A stretch of DNA of 64,000 bases from Armatimonadota bacterium (GCA_041690135.1 JAWLHY010000009.1:1-64000); one strand, 5' to 3'. Numbered from the stretch's first letter, positions 29,157-39,775 are shown. The notes: a model not told the origin generated them from the letters alone. Translations and numbers: made by a program.

Positions 29157-30300
29157 GTTGGTGCTTTGTCCTGGCTGTGCTTCCCCGCCGTGCGGGATAC
29201 TGCGAAACATTGAGAATGATACCCACCGCGAGCGCCGTGAAGACGAGCGAGGTACCTCCGTAGCTGATGAACGGCAGCGGCACGCCGGTGCAGGGCAGCA
29301 CGCCGGAGACCACTCCGATATTCACCAGGGTTTGCACGCCGATGGTGCAGGTGAGCCCGGCGGCAAGGAGGCAACCGAACCAGTCCGTGGTGCGGTGGGC
29401 GACGGTAAGCCCGCGGATGATCAGGGTGGCGAAGAGCAGCAACAGGAGGAGGCAGCCGAACAGCCCCGTCTCCTCGCCGATGGTGGCGAAGATGTAGTCG
29501 GTGTGTTCCGCCGGCAGGTAGAGATGCTTCGCGCCTCCCTGCGTGAGACCCTTGCCCCAGACTCCGCCGGAGCCGAGGGCGATCAACCCCTGGGCGGGCT
29601 GGTAAGCGGGGCCGTCATGCACGTGAACCGGCCGGGTGAGGATGGCGACCCACGCCTTGATGCGCTCCATACGGAACGGCTCGATCATGATGGCGAGCAC
29701 GGCGCCTGCGACCATCATCCCCAGCAGCGCGAAGATGTGCCGCGGCCGGGCACCCATCATGAAAATCATGCCGAGGCCCGTCCCGAAGATCGCCAGCGAA
29801 GTACCCAGGTCCTCCTTGGCGACGAACCCGCCGATGAGGAACACAACAGCGATGGCGGGCATGAACCCCCGCATCTCCGTGATGTGGCCGCGGCAGATCT
29901 CCGAATAGCGGGCCAGGAAGAGCACCAGGGAGATCTTGGCCAACTCCGAGGGCTGGAAGCTGACCGGTCCGAACGAGAGCCACCGCTTGGAGCCGTTGAT
30001 CTCCTTGGCGAAAAGCTCTACCGCTACCAGTAGGACGATACTGACCACTACCCCGATCAGCCAGAACTTGCGCATGAACCAATAGGGGATGTTCATGGCC
30101 AGGATCAGCACCACCGAGGCCACCACGGCCCACATCGCCTGGCGCTTGAAGAAGTAGAGGGGATCGTTCCCCATCGACTCGGAATGGAGTGCGCGCGCGG
30201 AACTGGTGTCGAGCACGACGGCCACCCCCAGGAACAGGAGGAGGAACGCCACGAACAACAGCCACCAATCCCAATTTTCTCGCTCGCGAATCTTTTCCAT
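29101..30300 (-). CDS. ftsW: SEDS peptidoglycan polymerase FtsW
   Basis: FQPSELAK, LPAEHTDYIF, GEETG, PFISYGG. Confidence 0.96.
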   Translation of the reverse strand: MEKIRERENWDWWLLFVAFLLLFLGVAVVLDTSSARALHSESMGNDPLYFFKRQAMWAVVASVVLILAMNIPYWFMRKFWLIGVVVSIVLLVAVELFAKEINGSKRWLSFGPVSFQPSELAKISLVLFLARYSEICRGHITEMRGFMPAIAVVFLIGGFVAKEDLGTSLAIFGTGLGMIFMMGARPRHIFALLGMMVAGAVLAIMIEPFRMERIKAWVAILTRPVHVHDGPAYQPAQGLIALGSGGVWGKGLTQGGAKHLYLPAEHTDYIFATIGEETGLFGCLLLLLLFATLIIRGLTVAHRTTDWFGCLLAAGLTCTIGVQTLVNIGVVSGVLPCTGVPLPFISYGGTSLVFTALAVGIILNVSQYPARRGSTARTKHQRESSPDGWGHRRPHLSRS

Positions 30301-30312
30301 TCCCGCACTCCG

Positions 30313-31707
30313 TTATTGATCTTGTAGCCGGGCGACTTCGTTTTTGAAATCCTGTCCGCGTTGTTCGAAGCTGGTGTACCAATCGAAGCTGGCGCACGCC
30401 GGGGCCAGGAGCACCACGTCGCCGGCCTCCGCCGCCTCGGCCGCCAGTCGGACCGCCTCGCGCATGCTCGCGGCCTCGCGGATCGCCTCAAAACCGTGCC
30501 GGCGGGCGCACTCCGCGATCCGCGGCCCGTCCGTGCCGATGGCGATCAGCGTCTTCACCCGCTCCGCGATGGCGGCCCCGAGCGGATCGAAATCCAATCC
30601 CTTGTCCTTGCCCCCGGCGATGAGCACCACCGGCCGGTCGTAGGCCCGGATACTCTGGATTGCCGCGTCAACGTTGGTGCACATCGTGTTGTTCACCCAC
30701 TCGATGCCATCCAGGACGCCAACGCGTTCCAAACGATCCGGCACTCCCGCGAAGTTACTCAGGGCGCGCCGGATTGCCTCCGGGTCGCACCTCGCCGCCA
30801 GGCCGACGGCACATGCCGCGAGGGCGTTCTCCACCGTGTGTTCTCCCGGCACCTGCAGGGAGTCGACGGGCGCCAGATCGATCACCTTTCCGGACAGCCT
30901 TCCTCGGAGCCACCGCCGATCGCCCAGCCATTCCGCCCAGGTGCCGTCTTCCGGATGGGCTCCCCGACCGAACTGCAGCAGATGTCCCCGCGCCTGGGTC
31001 ATCAGGTTCCGGGTGGCGGCGTTCTCCCGGTTCAACACCGTCCAGTCCTCCGGCGCTTGCGCCTCGAGGAGGCGCGCCTTCGCCGCCACGTAGGCCTCTA
31101 CCGTTCCATGTCGGTTCAGGTGGTCCGCGGTAATGTTCGTAATGATGGCGATCTTGGGACGAAATCCCGCCACCCATTCCAGTTGGAAACTGCTGATCTC
31201 CGCGACGATCCATGCCCCTTCCGGCTGCTCCTCCGCCGCGCGAATGAGCGGCACCTGGAAGCCACCCGCCAGGGTATTTCCGGCCACCTGCACCGGAAAG
31301 CCGCCCTCCCGCAGCACCGCCGCGGCCATCATCACCGTAGTGGTTTTGCCGTTGGTCCCGGTGACGGCGACGATCGGCGCGCGGGCGATGCGGTAGGCGA
31401 TCTCGATTTCGGAGAGGACGGGCGTCCCGCGCCGGACCGCCGCCTGGAGCACGTCAGCATCCGCCGGGACCCCGGGGCTGGGCACGATCAGATCGCATTG
31501 CTCGATATCGGTATAGTGCGCGTCGCCGAGCCGGAGTTCGGCAAAATCTCGCAGGAGCGCGGGCGCGTCTCCCAGTTCGTCCGCGGGCCGGGTGTCGTAC
31601 ACGCGCACGCGCGCGCCCCGCCGCGCCAGGACAGGCGCCGCCGCTCGGCCGGTCGCCGCCGCGCCGATGACTCCGATCAACTTGCCGTCGAATTCGCCGT
31701 TACTCAC
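30313..31707 (-). CDS. murD: UDP-MurNAc-L-Ala--D-glutamate ligase
   Basis: SPGVP, GTNGKTT, EISSFQL, APACASFD...RG. Confidence 0.97.
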   Translation of the reverse strand: MSNGEFDGKLIGVIGAAATGRAAAPVLARRGARVRVYDTRPADELGDAPALLRDFAELRLGDAHYTDIEQCDLIVPSPGVPADADVLQAAVRRGTPVLSEIEIAYRIARAPIVAVTGTNGKTTTVMMAAAVLREGGFPVQVAGNTLAGGFQVPLIRAAEEQPEGAWIVAEISSFQLEWVAGFRPKIAIITNITADHLNRHGTVEAYVAAKARLLEAQAPEDWTVLNRENAATRNLMTQARGHLLQFGRGAHPEDGTWAEWLGDRRWLRGRLSGKVIDLAPVDSLQVPGEHTVENALAACAVGLAARCDPEAIRRALSNFAGVPDRLERVGVLDGIEWVNNTMCTNVDAAIQSIRAYDRPVVLIAGGKDKGLDFDPLGAAIAERVKTLIAIGTDGPRIAECARRHGFEAIREAASMREAVRLAAEAAEAGDVVLLAPACASFDWYTSFEQRGQDFKNEVARLQDQ

Positions 31708-31711
31708 CGGG

Positions 31712-32716
31712 TTACCGCCAGAATACGAGAGCCAGGGCCAGCGCACAGCAGACCGAGCTGACGACAGCAAACTGCGCCACTACCCGCGTCTCGGGAATGC
31801 CGGACTTGGTGAAGTGGTGATGGACCGGCGACATCTTGAAAACGCGCCGGCCGGTGGTCTTGAACGAGGCGACCTGGATCATCACCGAAAGCGCTTCCGC
31901 AATCGGCACCAGGGCGAAGATGAGGAGCAGCCACTCCAGGTGGAGCACGATGGCCGCCGCGGCCATGCCTCCCCCGATCGCCAGGGAGCCGGTATCCCCC
32001 ATGAAGACCCGCGCCGGATGGGCGTTGTACCAGAGGTAACCCAGGGTCGCACCGGCGAACGCCGCGCAGAAGATCACCAGTCCATGGTTGCTCACGCCTC
32101 CCACGAGCCAAAGCGGCAGTCCGCTAGCGAACGCCCCCAGCGCGGTGACGGCTCCCATCGTGATCCAGACCGGCAGCGTCACGCCTGCGGCCAGGCCGTC
32201 GAGGCCGTCGGTCAGGTTTACCGCGTTCGACATGCCGACCAGGATGAGCAGGTGGTAAGCCCCGAGCGCTATCTTCCCGCCGTCGATGCCCCGGCTTTCG
32301 GGGAAGAGCCCGGCGGGATCGGTGAGCGCGTACCAGACGGTGAAGCCAAGCCCCACCACGATCTGCGCCGCCATCTTCTCCCGCGCCCGCAGTCCCAGGT
32401 TCCGGCCGCGCTTGATGATGAGGTAGTCGTCGAGGAAACCGATGAGCCCAAAAGCGACGGTCGCCACGGCGACGGCCAGCAGAGGACCGCGTTCCGTGCT
32501 GGGGGCAGGGTAGAGGAGTAACGTGACGAACACGCCCATCAGGATGATGAACCCGCCCATCGTCGGCGTGCCCTGTTTTGCCTGGTGCTCGTCCTTCAGC
32601 CATTCGCTGATGTGTTGGCCGACCTTGAGGCGCTGCAACAGCGGGACCAGCAGCCAGCCGGCGGCGAGCGCTACCAGGGCCGAGATCAGGAACGGCGTGA
32701 AGAGGTGACGGAGCAT
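31712..32716 (-). CDS. mraY: phospho-MurNAc-pentapeptide transferase
   Basis: KQGTPTMGG, GFLDD, NAVNLTDGLDG, FMGDTGS, HHHF. Confidence 0.98.
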   Translation of the reverse strand: MLRHLFTPFLISALVALAAGWLLVPLLQRLKVGQHISEWLKDEHQAKQGTPTMGGFIILMGVFVTLLLYPAPSTERGPLLAVAVATVAFGLIGFLDDYLIIKRGRNLGLRAREKMAAQIVVGLGFTVWYALTDPAGLFPESRGIDGGKIALGAYHLLILVGMSNAVNLTDGLDGLAAGVTLPVWITMGAVTALGAFASGLPLWLVGGVSNHGLVIFCAAFAGATLGYLWYNAHPARVFMGDTGSLAIGGGMAAAAIVLHLEWLLLIFALVPIAEALSVMIQVASFKTTGRRVFKMSPVHHHFTKSGIPETRVVAQFAVVSSVCCALALALVFWR

Positions 32717-34164
32717 CAGGGGTTCGCCCCTTCGTTTTGCAGCAGCTCCCGGACGATGCTTTCCATCGCCACGCCACGGCTGCCCTTGATCAAGATGACG
32801 TCGCCGGGCTTGCGATGGGGCGCCAGCCGGCGCAGGACCTCGTCGTTGGTGGCACACACTTCGATCCGGTCGGCCGGGAAACCGGCGTCCCGCGCGGCGG
32901 CGGCGATCCCCTCCGCCCGGTCTCCCACGGTCACGAGGCCGGCAAGGTCATGGCCGGCGACGGCCTCACCGACACAACGATGGGCCGCTTCACTGGCCGG
33001 ACCGAGTTCCAGCATGCTGCCGAGCACGGCGATCTTCCGCAGTCCCGAAACCTCCTTCAGCACTTCCAGCGCGGCCAGTACTGCCTCGGGACTGCTGGCG
33101 TTGTAGGCATCGTCCAGGATCATGGTGCTGTCGTTCAGCCGGTGGGTCGCCATGCGCATCCCACTGATCTCGGCCTCAGCGAGGCCCCGGTTGATCCGTA
33201 GGGGCGAGACATCAAGCGCCTGGCCGACCGCCGCCGCTGCCAGCGCATTGCGCACGTTGTGCCGCCCGAGAAGGGGAATCCAGGACCAGCGGACGGACAG
33301 TCCCTTGGCGACCCGGATCGCAAACCGGCTGCCGATCTGCCCTTTGCGGTCGTCGGAGCGGGTGCCGGGACCCATATAACTGCCGCTGACCCCTTGCCGC
33401 TCACCCCGGTCGATGCCGTAGGAAAGGAGCTTGGCCCCCGCCGGAATGCGCGACTTCAAGAAATCGTAGTAGCCGTCGTCGGCGTTCAGCACCGCGGTGC
33501 CGCCTACGGGCAGGAAGTCCAACAATTCGGCTTTCGCCTCGGCGATGGCGTCCTGGGAGCCGAGCAGCTCCATGTGGGAGAGGCCGATGTTGGTAATAAC
33601 CCCGATCTCGGGCCGCGCAATACGCGCGAGATATCGGATCTGCCCTGGTCCCCGCATCGCCAGTTCGACGACGGCGACTTCATGCTGGGCATTCAACTCG
33701 AAGAGAGTGAGGGGCAGGCCGATCTCGGCATTCAGGTTTCCGGGGCTCTTGAGCGTACGGTACTGTTGGGCCAGCACGCCGGCGATCAGGTCCTTGGTGG
33801 TGGTCTTGCCGACGCTGCCCGTTACCGCGATGATCCGCACCGGAAACCGGTTGCGGTGCCAGGTGGCCAGTTGGCCGAGGGCGAGGAGGGGGTCCGGCAC
33901 CTCGATGAGGGCCCCGCCGGTCTCGCTGCCGGCCGGCAACCGCTCGCCGCGGACCACCGCGGCGACGGCGCCGCGCGCAAAGGCATCTCCCACGAACTGG
34001 TGGGCGTCGAAGCGCTCGCCGCTGAGCGCAAAGAACAGGTCTCCGGGCTGGACCTGGCGCGTATCGGTGCAGATCCGCCGGACTACCTGGTCGGAGCTGC
34101 CGCCGGGCCGACGGAGCCGGGCGTCCAGCACCCGGGCGATCAGCTCAACGGGATAGTCGATCAT
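32716..34164 (-). CDS. murF: UDP-MurNAc-tripeptide--D-Ala-D-Ala ligase
   Basis: TGSVGKTTTK, DDAYNA, LGSMLELG, KGSRG. Confidence 0.97.
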   Translation of the reverse strand: MIDYPVELIARVLDARLRRPGGSSDQVVRRICTDTRQVQPGDLFFALSGERFDAHQFVGDAFARGAVAAVVRGERLPAGSETGGALIEVPDPLLALGQLATWHRNRFPVRIIAVTGSVGKTTTKDLIAGVLAQQYRTLKSPGNLNAEIGLPLTLFELNAQHEVAVVELAMRGPGQIRYLARIARPEIGVITNIGLSHMELLGSQDAIAEAKAELLDFLPVGGTAVLNADDGYYDFLKSRIPAGAKLLSYGIDRGERQGVSGSYMGPGTRSDDRKGQIGSRFAIRVAKGLSVRWSWIPLLGRHNVRNALAAAAVGQALDVSPLRINRGLAEAEISGMRMATHRLNDSTMILDDAYNASSPEAVLAALEVLKEVSGLRKIAVLGSMLELGPASEAAHRCVGEAVAGHDLAGLVTVGDRAEGIAAAARDAGFPADRIEVCATNDEVLRRLAPHRKPGDVILIKGSRGVAMESIVRELLQNEGANP

Positions 34165-35668
34165 TCAAGGCCTTTCGAGCTTCTTCTCGGTCGTCAAAAT
34201 GCACGGTCCGGTCCGCAAAGATCTGGTAGTCTTCGTGGCCCTTGCCGGCGATTACCACCAGATCTCCCGCCTCGGCCAGAGCCACCGCGCGAGCGATGGC
34301 TGCGCGCCGGTCGACGAGTTGTTCCCAGCGCGCGCCACCGACCTCGACCACTCCCGCCGCCACCTGCGCCAGGATCGCCTGCGGGTCTTCGCTCCGGGGA
34401 TTGTCCGAAGTCAGGATGACCTGATCCGCCAGTTGGGCGGCGATCCGCCCCATGATGGGGCGCTTGCCCCGGTCGCGGTCGCCGCCGCAACCGAATACGA
34501 CGAGGAGGCGCCGCGGCTCCAGGGCGCGGGCCGCCCGCAGGACATTCTCCAGGCCGTCGGGGCTGTGCGCGTAATCGACGATCACCCCGAAATCCTGGCC
34601 TGCGTCCACGCTTTCGAACCGGCCGGGCACGCCCGTCGCACCCCGCAGGGCGGCCAGGATCACTTCCCAGGAGATACCCAGGGCGCGCGCAGCGCCCATC
34701 GCCGCCAGTGAATTGTAGACGTTGAACAGGCCTCCCAGCGGAAGTTCCACGGGAAACTCGCCTTCGGGGGACACGACATCAAAGCGCAGCCGGGTGGCGC
34801 TGCCCTCGACGTTGCGGGCCCGCAGGGTCGGCGCCTCGCCAAGGTGCGTGTCGGTATGCTCCACGCCGTAGGTGACGACGTGACCCTCGGACATCTCCGC
34901 GAGACGGCGGCCGTAAGGATCGTCGCCGTTGATGATCGCGGTAAAGGGCTTCGTCCCCGCCTTCGGGTACTCCGTGAACAGCAGGGCCTTCGCGCCGAAG
35001 TAGTCCTCCATGTCCCGGTGATAGTCGAGGTGGTCCTGGGTGAGGTTGGTGAACACGCCGACCTCGTATTCCGCTCCCGCCGTGCGACCCTGGGCCAACG
35101 CGTGCGACGAGACTTCCATGGCGACGACCATGCCCCGACCGTCATCCGCCTGTGCCATCCGCGCGAATAGAGCCTGCAGTTCCGGGGCCTCGGGCGTAGT
35201 CCGGTCGCCGGGTAGTGCCTCGTCGTTAATGCGCGCGCCAATCGTGCCGATGACGCCGGTATTCCTACCCGCGGCCCGCGCGATCGCCTCGATCAGGAAC
35301 GTTGTAGTGGTCTTACCGTTCGTGCCGGTAACCCCGACAAGCGAGATGCGGCCCGACGGGTGGTCGTAGAACGCCCGCGACAGCGGCCCCATCGCCCGGC
35401 GGACGTCCGGCACCAGGATCGCCGGCACCGGCAGATCGTTCCGTTCCTCGTCCACTACGGCCGCCACCGCGCCCGCGGCCACGGCGGCGGGGAGGAACTG
35501 CAGACCATCGGCCTTCTGTCCACGCACGCAGAAGAAGAGGTCGCCCGGACGGACCTTGCGCGAGTCGTAGGCCAGGCCGGTCACCTGCGGGAGAGTGGGC
35601 TCCGCATCCTGTAATGGAAGGATGCGAGCTCCCTCGACTGCGGAGGCAAGCCGATGCAGCTCAGTCAT
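34145..35668 (-). CDS. murE: UDP-MurNAc-dipeptide--meso-diaminopimelate ligase
   Basis: GTNGKTT, MEVSSH, DYAHSPD, DNPR (DAP-type specificity motif), AGKGHE. Confidence 0.97.
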   Translation of the reverse strand: MTELHRLASAVEGARILPLQDAEPTLPQVTGLAYDSRKVRPGDLFFCVRGQKADGLQFLPAAVAAGAVAAVVDEERNDLPVPAILVPDVRRAMGPLSRAFYDHPSGRISLVGVTGTNGKTTTTFLIEAIARAAGRNTGVIGTIGARINDEALPGDRTTPEAPELQALFARMAQADDGRGMVVAMEVSSHALAQGRTAGAEYEVGVFTNLTQDHLDYHRDMEDYFGAKALLFTEYPKAGTKPFTAIINGDDPYGRRLAEMSEGHVVTYGVEHTDTHLGEAPTLRARNVEGSATRLRFDVVSPEGEFPVELPLGGLFNVYNSLAAMGAARALGISWEVILAALRGATGVPGRFESVDAGQDFGVIVDYAHSPDGLENVLRAARALEPRRLLVVFGCGGDRDRGKRPIMGRIAAQLADQVILTSDNPRSEDPQAILAQVAAGVVEVGGARWEQLVDRRAAIARAVALAEAGDLVVIAGKGHEDYQIFADRTVHFDDREEARKALNDRLSR

Positions 35669-37448
35669 GATTATCGCCTCCGGTGTTCTTCGCCGTGCGG
35701 TAGAAACTGGCGGGGTTAGCGCCGTCTCGCAGGTCGCCGGGAGCGTCGGGGGGGATGCCGAGGAAGGTCACGCTCTGGCGGGCGATCTCCCGGAACACGG
35801 GGGCGGAAACGACGCCACCATACTGTGCCTTCCGCGGGTGCCACACGGAAACCAGGATGGCAAGCTTGGGCTGCTTCGCGGGTATAAACCCGGCGAAGGA
35901 AGCCACATAGGCGCCCGGCAGATAGCGGCCGTTCCTGGCGATCTGCGCCGTCCCGGTCTTGCCGGCAACACTGTACCCGGCGATCTTGGCACCTGTGCCG
36001 GTGCCGCCGCTTTCGCAAACCGACCGCATCAGGCCGACTAACTTGCGCGCGTTCTCCGCACTCATGACGCGCCGGGGTTTCCGCTCGGGCATCTCCATGC
36101 CGGGTGCATCCAGGACTAACCGGGGAGGCATATACATTCCGTCGTTCGCGATAGCCGCATAACCTGCCGCGATCTGGATCGGGGTGGTGACGATCCCCTG
36201 ACCGAAGCCGATGTTGACCGTGCGCATGGTGCGCCACTTCTCGGGCTTCTGCATCCAGCCGTGGACTTCTCCGGGAAACTCAATACCTGTTTTGGACTGG
36301 AACCCAAACAGGTCGAGGCGACGGTACATCTCCTGGGGGCCGACCCGCTCCGCCAGGGTGCCCGCGGCGATGTTGCAGCTCTTCTGGATCATCTTCTCCA
36401 GATCGCAGGCCCCATGGCTGCTGCCGTGGGCGCAGCGCACGCTGCGACTGCCGATCGCCCGACTTCCACCGCAGTAGACATTCGGATTGACCCCGGCCTC
36501 GAGGGCGGCGGCCGCCGTGAAGACCTTGAAGATGCTTCCCGGCTCAAACCAGTCCGTGACGGCCCGGTTGCGGCGCTGATCCGGCGTCACTTTCTTATCG
36601 TTGGGATGGAACGATGGCCAGTTCGCCATCCCGAGGACGTCCCCCGTGGCGACCTCTATCACGACGGCAGTTGCAGCTTCCGGCGACTGCTCGGCGGCTA
36701 CCTTGGCCAGTTCCGTTTCGACAAAGTGCTGGATATCCCGGTCGATCGTCAGGCGGACGTCCTTTCCGTCCTCCGGTTCCAGGAGGCGTTCCTCGGTTTG
36801 CGGGATCGCCTCCCCTGTGGCCGCCACCCGCACGCGGCGCTTGCCGTCCTTGCCGTCCAGCACCTTGTCGAACCGGAGCTCGATGGCCTCGATCCCCTTG
36901 CCGTCGATCGAAACCGAGCCGATGAGCTGGGCCGCGTCTCGCCCGGCGGGGTAGACCCGGACCGGCGACTCCTCCAACCATAGCCCCTTGAGGGCCGGCT
37001 CCTTGCGGGACTTCTCGAGGATGCCGAGGGCCAGCTTGCGATTCACCCCCCGGCGCAGGAGACTGTAGTAGCTGCCCCGCGCATCCGCGCGGGCGATGCG
37101 TTCCCGTAGCGTCTCCCGCTGCTTCTGGTCCAGCCCGAGCAACTCGCCCAGGCGGTTGGCCGTGAGGGCCGGGTCCTTGACCACCTGCGGGTTGATGGCA
37201 ATCGCTTTGGCCGGCTGGTCGATCGCGAGCTCCGCTCCACTGCGATCCCGGATCCGTCCCCGCAAGGCGTCGAGTTCGAGCGTGCGACTCTGCATTCGGG
37301 TGGCGAGGCGGGCGAAGTCGCGGGTGAGAAACCACTGGAGGTAAACCAGGCGGAAGGCGAGCAAGAGGACGCCCACCAGGAAGAGCAGGAAAATCACTTC
37401 CATGCGCCGCTTGATGATGGAGTGATCCGGATGTCGATCGGCGATCAT
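35661..37448 (-). CDS. ftsI: class B penicillin-binding protein (FtsI/SpoVD-like)
   Basis: RGRIRDR, SxxK (GSIFK), SxN (SCN), KTG (GKTGTAQ); GGAGG RBS. Confidence 0.9.
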   Translation of the reverse strand: MIADRHPDHSIIKRRMEVIFLLFLVGVLLLAFRLVYLQWFLTRDFARLATRMQSRTLELDALRGRIRDRSGAELAIDQPAKAIAINPQVVKDPALTANRLGELLGLDQKQRETLRERIARADARGSYYSLLRRGVNRKLALGILEKSRKEPALKGLWLEESPVRVYPAGRDAAQLIGSVSIDGKGIEAIELRFDKVLDGKDGKRRVRVAATGEAIPQTEERLLEPEDGKDVRLTIDRDIQHFVETELAKVAAEQSPEAATAVVIEVATGDVLGMANWPSFHPNDKKVTPDQRRNRAVTDWFEPGSIFKVFTAAAALEAGVNPNVYCGGSRAIGSRSVRCAHGSSHGACDLEKMIQKSCNIAAGTLAERVGPQEMYRRLDLFGFQSKTGIEFPGEVHGWMQKPEKWRTMRTVNIGFGQGIVTTPIQIAAGYAAIANDGMYMPPRLVLDAPGMEMPERKPRRVMSAENARKLVGLMRSVCESGGTGTGAKIAGYSVAGKTGTAQIARNGRYLPGAYVASFAGFIPAKQPKLAILVSVWHPRKAQYGGVVSAPVFREIARQSVTFLGIPPDAPGDLRDGANPASFYRTAKNTGGDNHD

Positions 37449-37643
37449 CGGTCTATTCCTCCAGGTCCTTCCAGAAGGACCCTCGCTCGGGTCCTTGACT
37501 ACACACCGTGCCGGTGGGGCATCAGGGGCTAAAACAGGCACGCGCCCCGCTGCAGAATGTGCGGGACGCGTGGTGAAACTGATAATCGCGCCGCCGGTTC
37601 CCTGGTCTGGTCCCGGTCGGAGCGCTCTCGCAGGGAAGCGAGT

Positions 37644-38084
37644 CTACCGGACGGGATCCGAGTCCTTGGGCGTAGGAACGCGCGCAAACTCCCGCTCCCG
37701 GGCGGGCTCCATTCCGAGGGTTTTGGCCTTCTGAAGAATCCTTCCCGGGGCCTGCTGGCGGCGGATCTCCGCTTCTAGTTCCTGGCGCTCGATCATGATC
37801 TGCTTCAACTCGGCCTTCAACTGGGCTCGCTCGTAGGCGCCGCGCATATTGAGTGTGGAGAAGAACACATACCCCACCAGGAACATTACGGGGATCAGCG
37901 TCAGCACGATCGCTCGTTGCACCGGTCCAAAGCCCGTGCGCTTGCGCGCGCCGGCCTGGGGCTTCCGGGCCACCACCCGGAAACGGGGCTGGTACTGGGC
38001 CTGTTCCGACGGGGGGGCGGACATCTCCTCGCCCTCGTCTTCCCAGTAGTCTTCGATTCTGGCTGCTGCGCTGGCCGGGGGCAC
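37644..38084 (-). CDS. ftsL: FtsL-like cell division protein
   Basis: Single TM, coiled coil and KAKTLGM motif; canonical position between rsmH and the PBP; GGAGG RBS before GTG. Confidence 0.7.
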   Translation of the reverse strand: MPPASAAARIEDYWEDEGEEMSAPPSEQAQYQPRFRVVARKPQAGARKRTGFGPVQRAIVLTLIPVMFLVGYVFFSTLNMRGAYERAQLKAELKQIMIERQELEAEIRRQQAPGRILQKAKTLGMEPAREREFARVPTPKDSDPVR

Positions 38085-38216
38085 GTTCCTATCCTCCAAG
38101 CAAATATTCGGCGCGCGCCGAATCGGGCCACAGGAAAACTGCAGGTCCAATCGGGGCGGAAGCTGCCGGTCGGAGAGCCGCGAAACAACGCCCTTCTCCC
38201 CGATCGGACAGGCCAG

Positions 38217-38225
38217 ATTATAGCA
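38217..38225 (-). promoter_or_regulatory. extended -10 promoter element TGCTATAAT upstream of ftsL
   Basis: Perfect TGnTATAAT on the minus strand about 130 bp upstream of the ftsL-like start; only a weak -35. Confidence 0.6.
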
Positions 38226-38706
38226 TCAAGAATGCCTTTTCCGTCACCCCCTTTTATCGCCGTTTGGTAGCACTCCTGGTGGGCCGGAAGTAGGATACGC
38301 ACTACATCTCGCCCCGTGAGGATAAAGACAAGGATAACGATTGCGAAGGATAAGGATAAGGGATCCTGGATTTCAGGAATGGAAATGAGGGTCGCTGCGA
38401 GGCGGGATAGAGCCCAGCCGACTCCACTGACCACAAGCCGCCCCAGAGCACGAGGGCAGCCTCTTTCCAATCCGCAGCCGCACGTGAGCTTCGAAAGGGC
38501 GCTGACCGCAGCAGCGACCAGGACGGGGGTTGTCCGTGGTCGAGCACTGTCTCCACTCACCAGGGGGACTGCCACGACCGGCATTGCGGCGGAGCACGTC
38601 AAGTTAGCGGCTAACAGCACGTACGCACTTCTCGGATCGGTGCCGGTCTGGCCGGTCTCGCAATGACGCCGTTGTCCTTGTTATCGACGTAGCGTCGGCA
38701 TCGGAA

Positions 38707-38737
38707 GTAACTGACCTAGCCTGGCCGGGTCAGTTAC
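38707..38737 (-). terminator. hairpin at the rsmH stop codon
   Basis: GTAACTGACC/GGTCAGTTAC 10-bp stem; weak U-tract. Confidence 0.4.
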
Positions 38738-39717
38738 GGCACCTTCTCGACCGCCCGCAGCTTGGCACTCCGGGCACGGGGGTTGCTTTCGGTTTCCGCA
38801 TCGGTGGGGAGGACCGGCTTCCGGGTCAGGATGCGCACCGTCTCCCGCGCATCGCAGGTACAGAACGGGATTTCCGGGGGACACTGACACCTGCCGGCCA
38901 GATGTTCGAAGGTCCGCTTCACGATGCGGTCTTCCAGGCTGTGATAGGAGAGCACCACCACCCGGCCGCCCGGGGAGAGATGGTCGGTGGCGGCGCGAAG
39001 GGCCGGCTCGAGGGCATTGAGCTCGTCGTTTACGGCAATGCGTAGTGCCTGGAAGGTGCGGGTGGCCGGGTGGATCCGGCCGTGGCGCTCCTTCTCCGGG
39101 TAGGCTCCCCAGATAGCGTCCACTAGGTCCTGCGTGGTCTCCAGCGGCCGTTGTACGCGGCGCTCCGCGATCCGGCGGGCGATGCGCCGGGAGTGGCGCT
39201 CTTCTCCGTACTCCCACAGGATACGCGCCAGCTCGGCCTCCGGCAGCTCATTGATCAGGTGGGCGGCGCTGGTCGGCTCCTCCGGGTCCATCCGCATGTC
39301 GAGCGGTCCGCTGACGCGGAAGCTGAATCCCCGCTCGCGCAGGTCGAGTTGCATCGATGAAACGCCGAAGTCGAACAGGAAGCCGTCCGCGGTGGAGATG
39401 CCCTCCTGCTCCAGGGCGTCTCCCACGTGGCGAAAGTCCGTGCGGATCGGTAGAAAGGGGCACGCATTCCAGCTCCACTCCCGGCAAGCGGCCTGGATCC
39501 GCTCGCCGGCTCGGCGCAGCGCTTCCGGGTCTCGATCGAGTCCGATCACGCGCCCTTCCGGGCCCACTTTGCGCAGCAGCTCCAGGCTGTGCCCGCCCAG
39601 GCCGAGGGTACCGTCGACCATGGTCTCGCCGGGCGTGGGCGCGAGATACTCCAGGCATTCCGAAAGCATGACCGGGAGATGGGTCGCCGGGGGCGGGGTG
39701 GGGTTGGGTGTGTCCAT
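38734..39717 (-). CDS. rsmH: 16S rRNA (cytosine1402-N4)-methyltransferase
   Basis: HLPVML, DGTLGLGGHS, DFGVSSMQLD, RGFSF, LDMRM, FQALRIAVN, SYHSLEDR, NPRARSAKLR. Confidence 0.98.
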   Translation of the reverse strand: MDTPNPTPPPATHLPVMLSECLEYLAPTPGETMVDGTLGLGGHSLELLRKVGPEGRVIGLDRDPEALRRAGERIQAACREWSWNACPFLPIRTDFRHVGDALEQEGISTADGFLFDFGVSSMQLDLRERGFSFRVSGPLDMRMDPEEPTSAAHLINELPEAELARILWEYGEERHSRRIARRIAERRVQRPLETTQDLVDAIWGAYPEKERHGRIHPATRTFQALRIAVNDELNALEPALRAATDHLSPGGRVVVLSYHSLEDRIVKRTFEHLAGRCQCPPEIPFCTCDARETVRILTRKPVLPTDAETESNPRARSAKLRAVEKVP

Positions 39718-39738
39718 CTGGAAAAGCTCATTCAAATG

Positions 39739-39775
39739 CGAAAACCGCTGGACCGGCGCGGCCGGTCCAGCGGTT
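39739..39775 (-). terminator. probable intrinsic terminator between ferredoxin and rsmH
   Basis: 15-bp perfect arms AACCGCTGGACCGGC/GCCGGTCCAGCGGTT (39743-39775) ending in TTTT on the minus strand. Confidence 0.6.

Noticed and set aside
27252-29213. 653-aa plus-strand ORF
   Set aside because: Antisense shadow of murC/murG caused by high-GC codon bias
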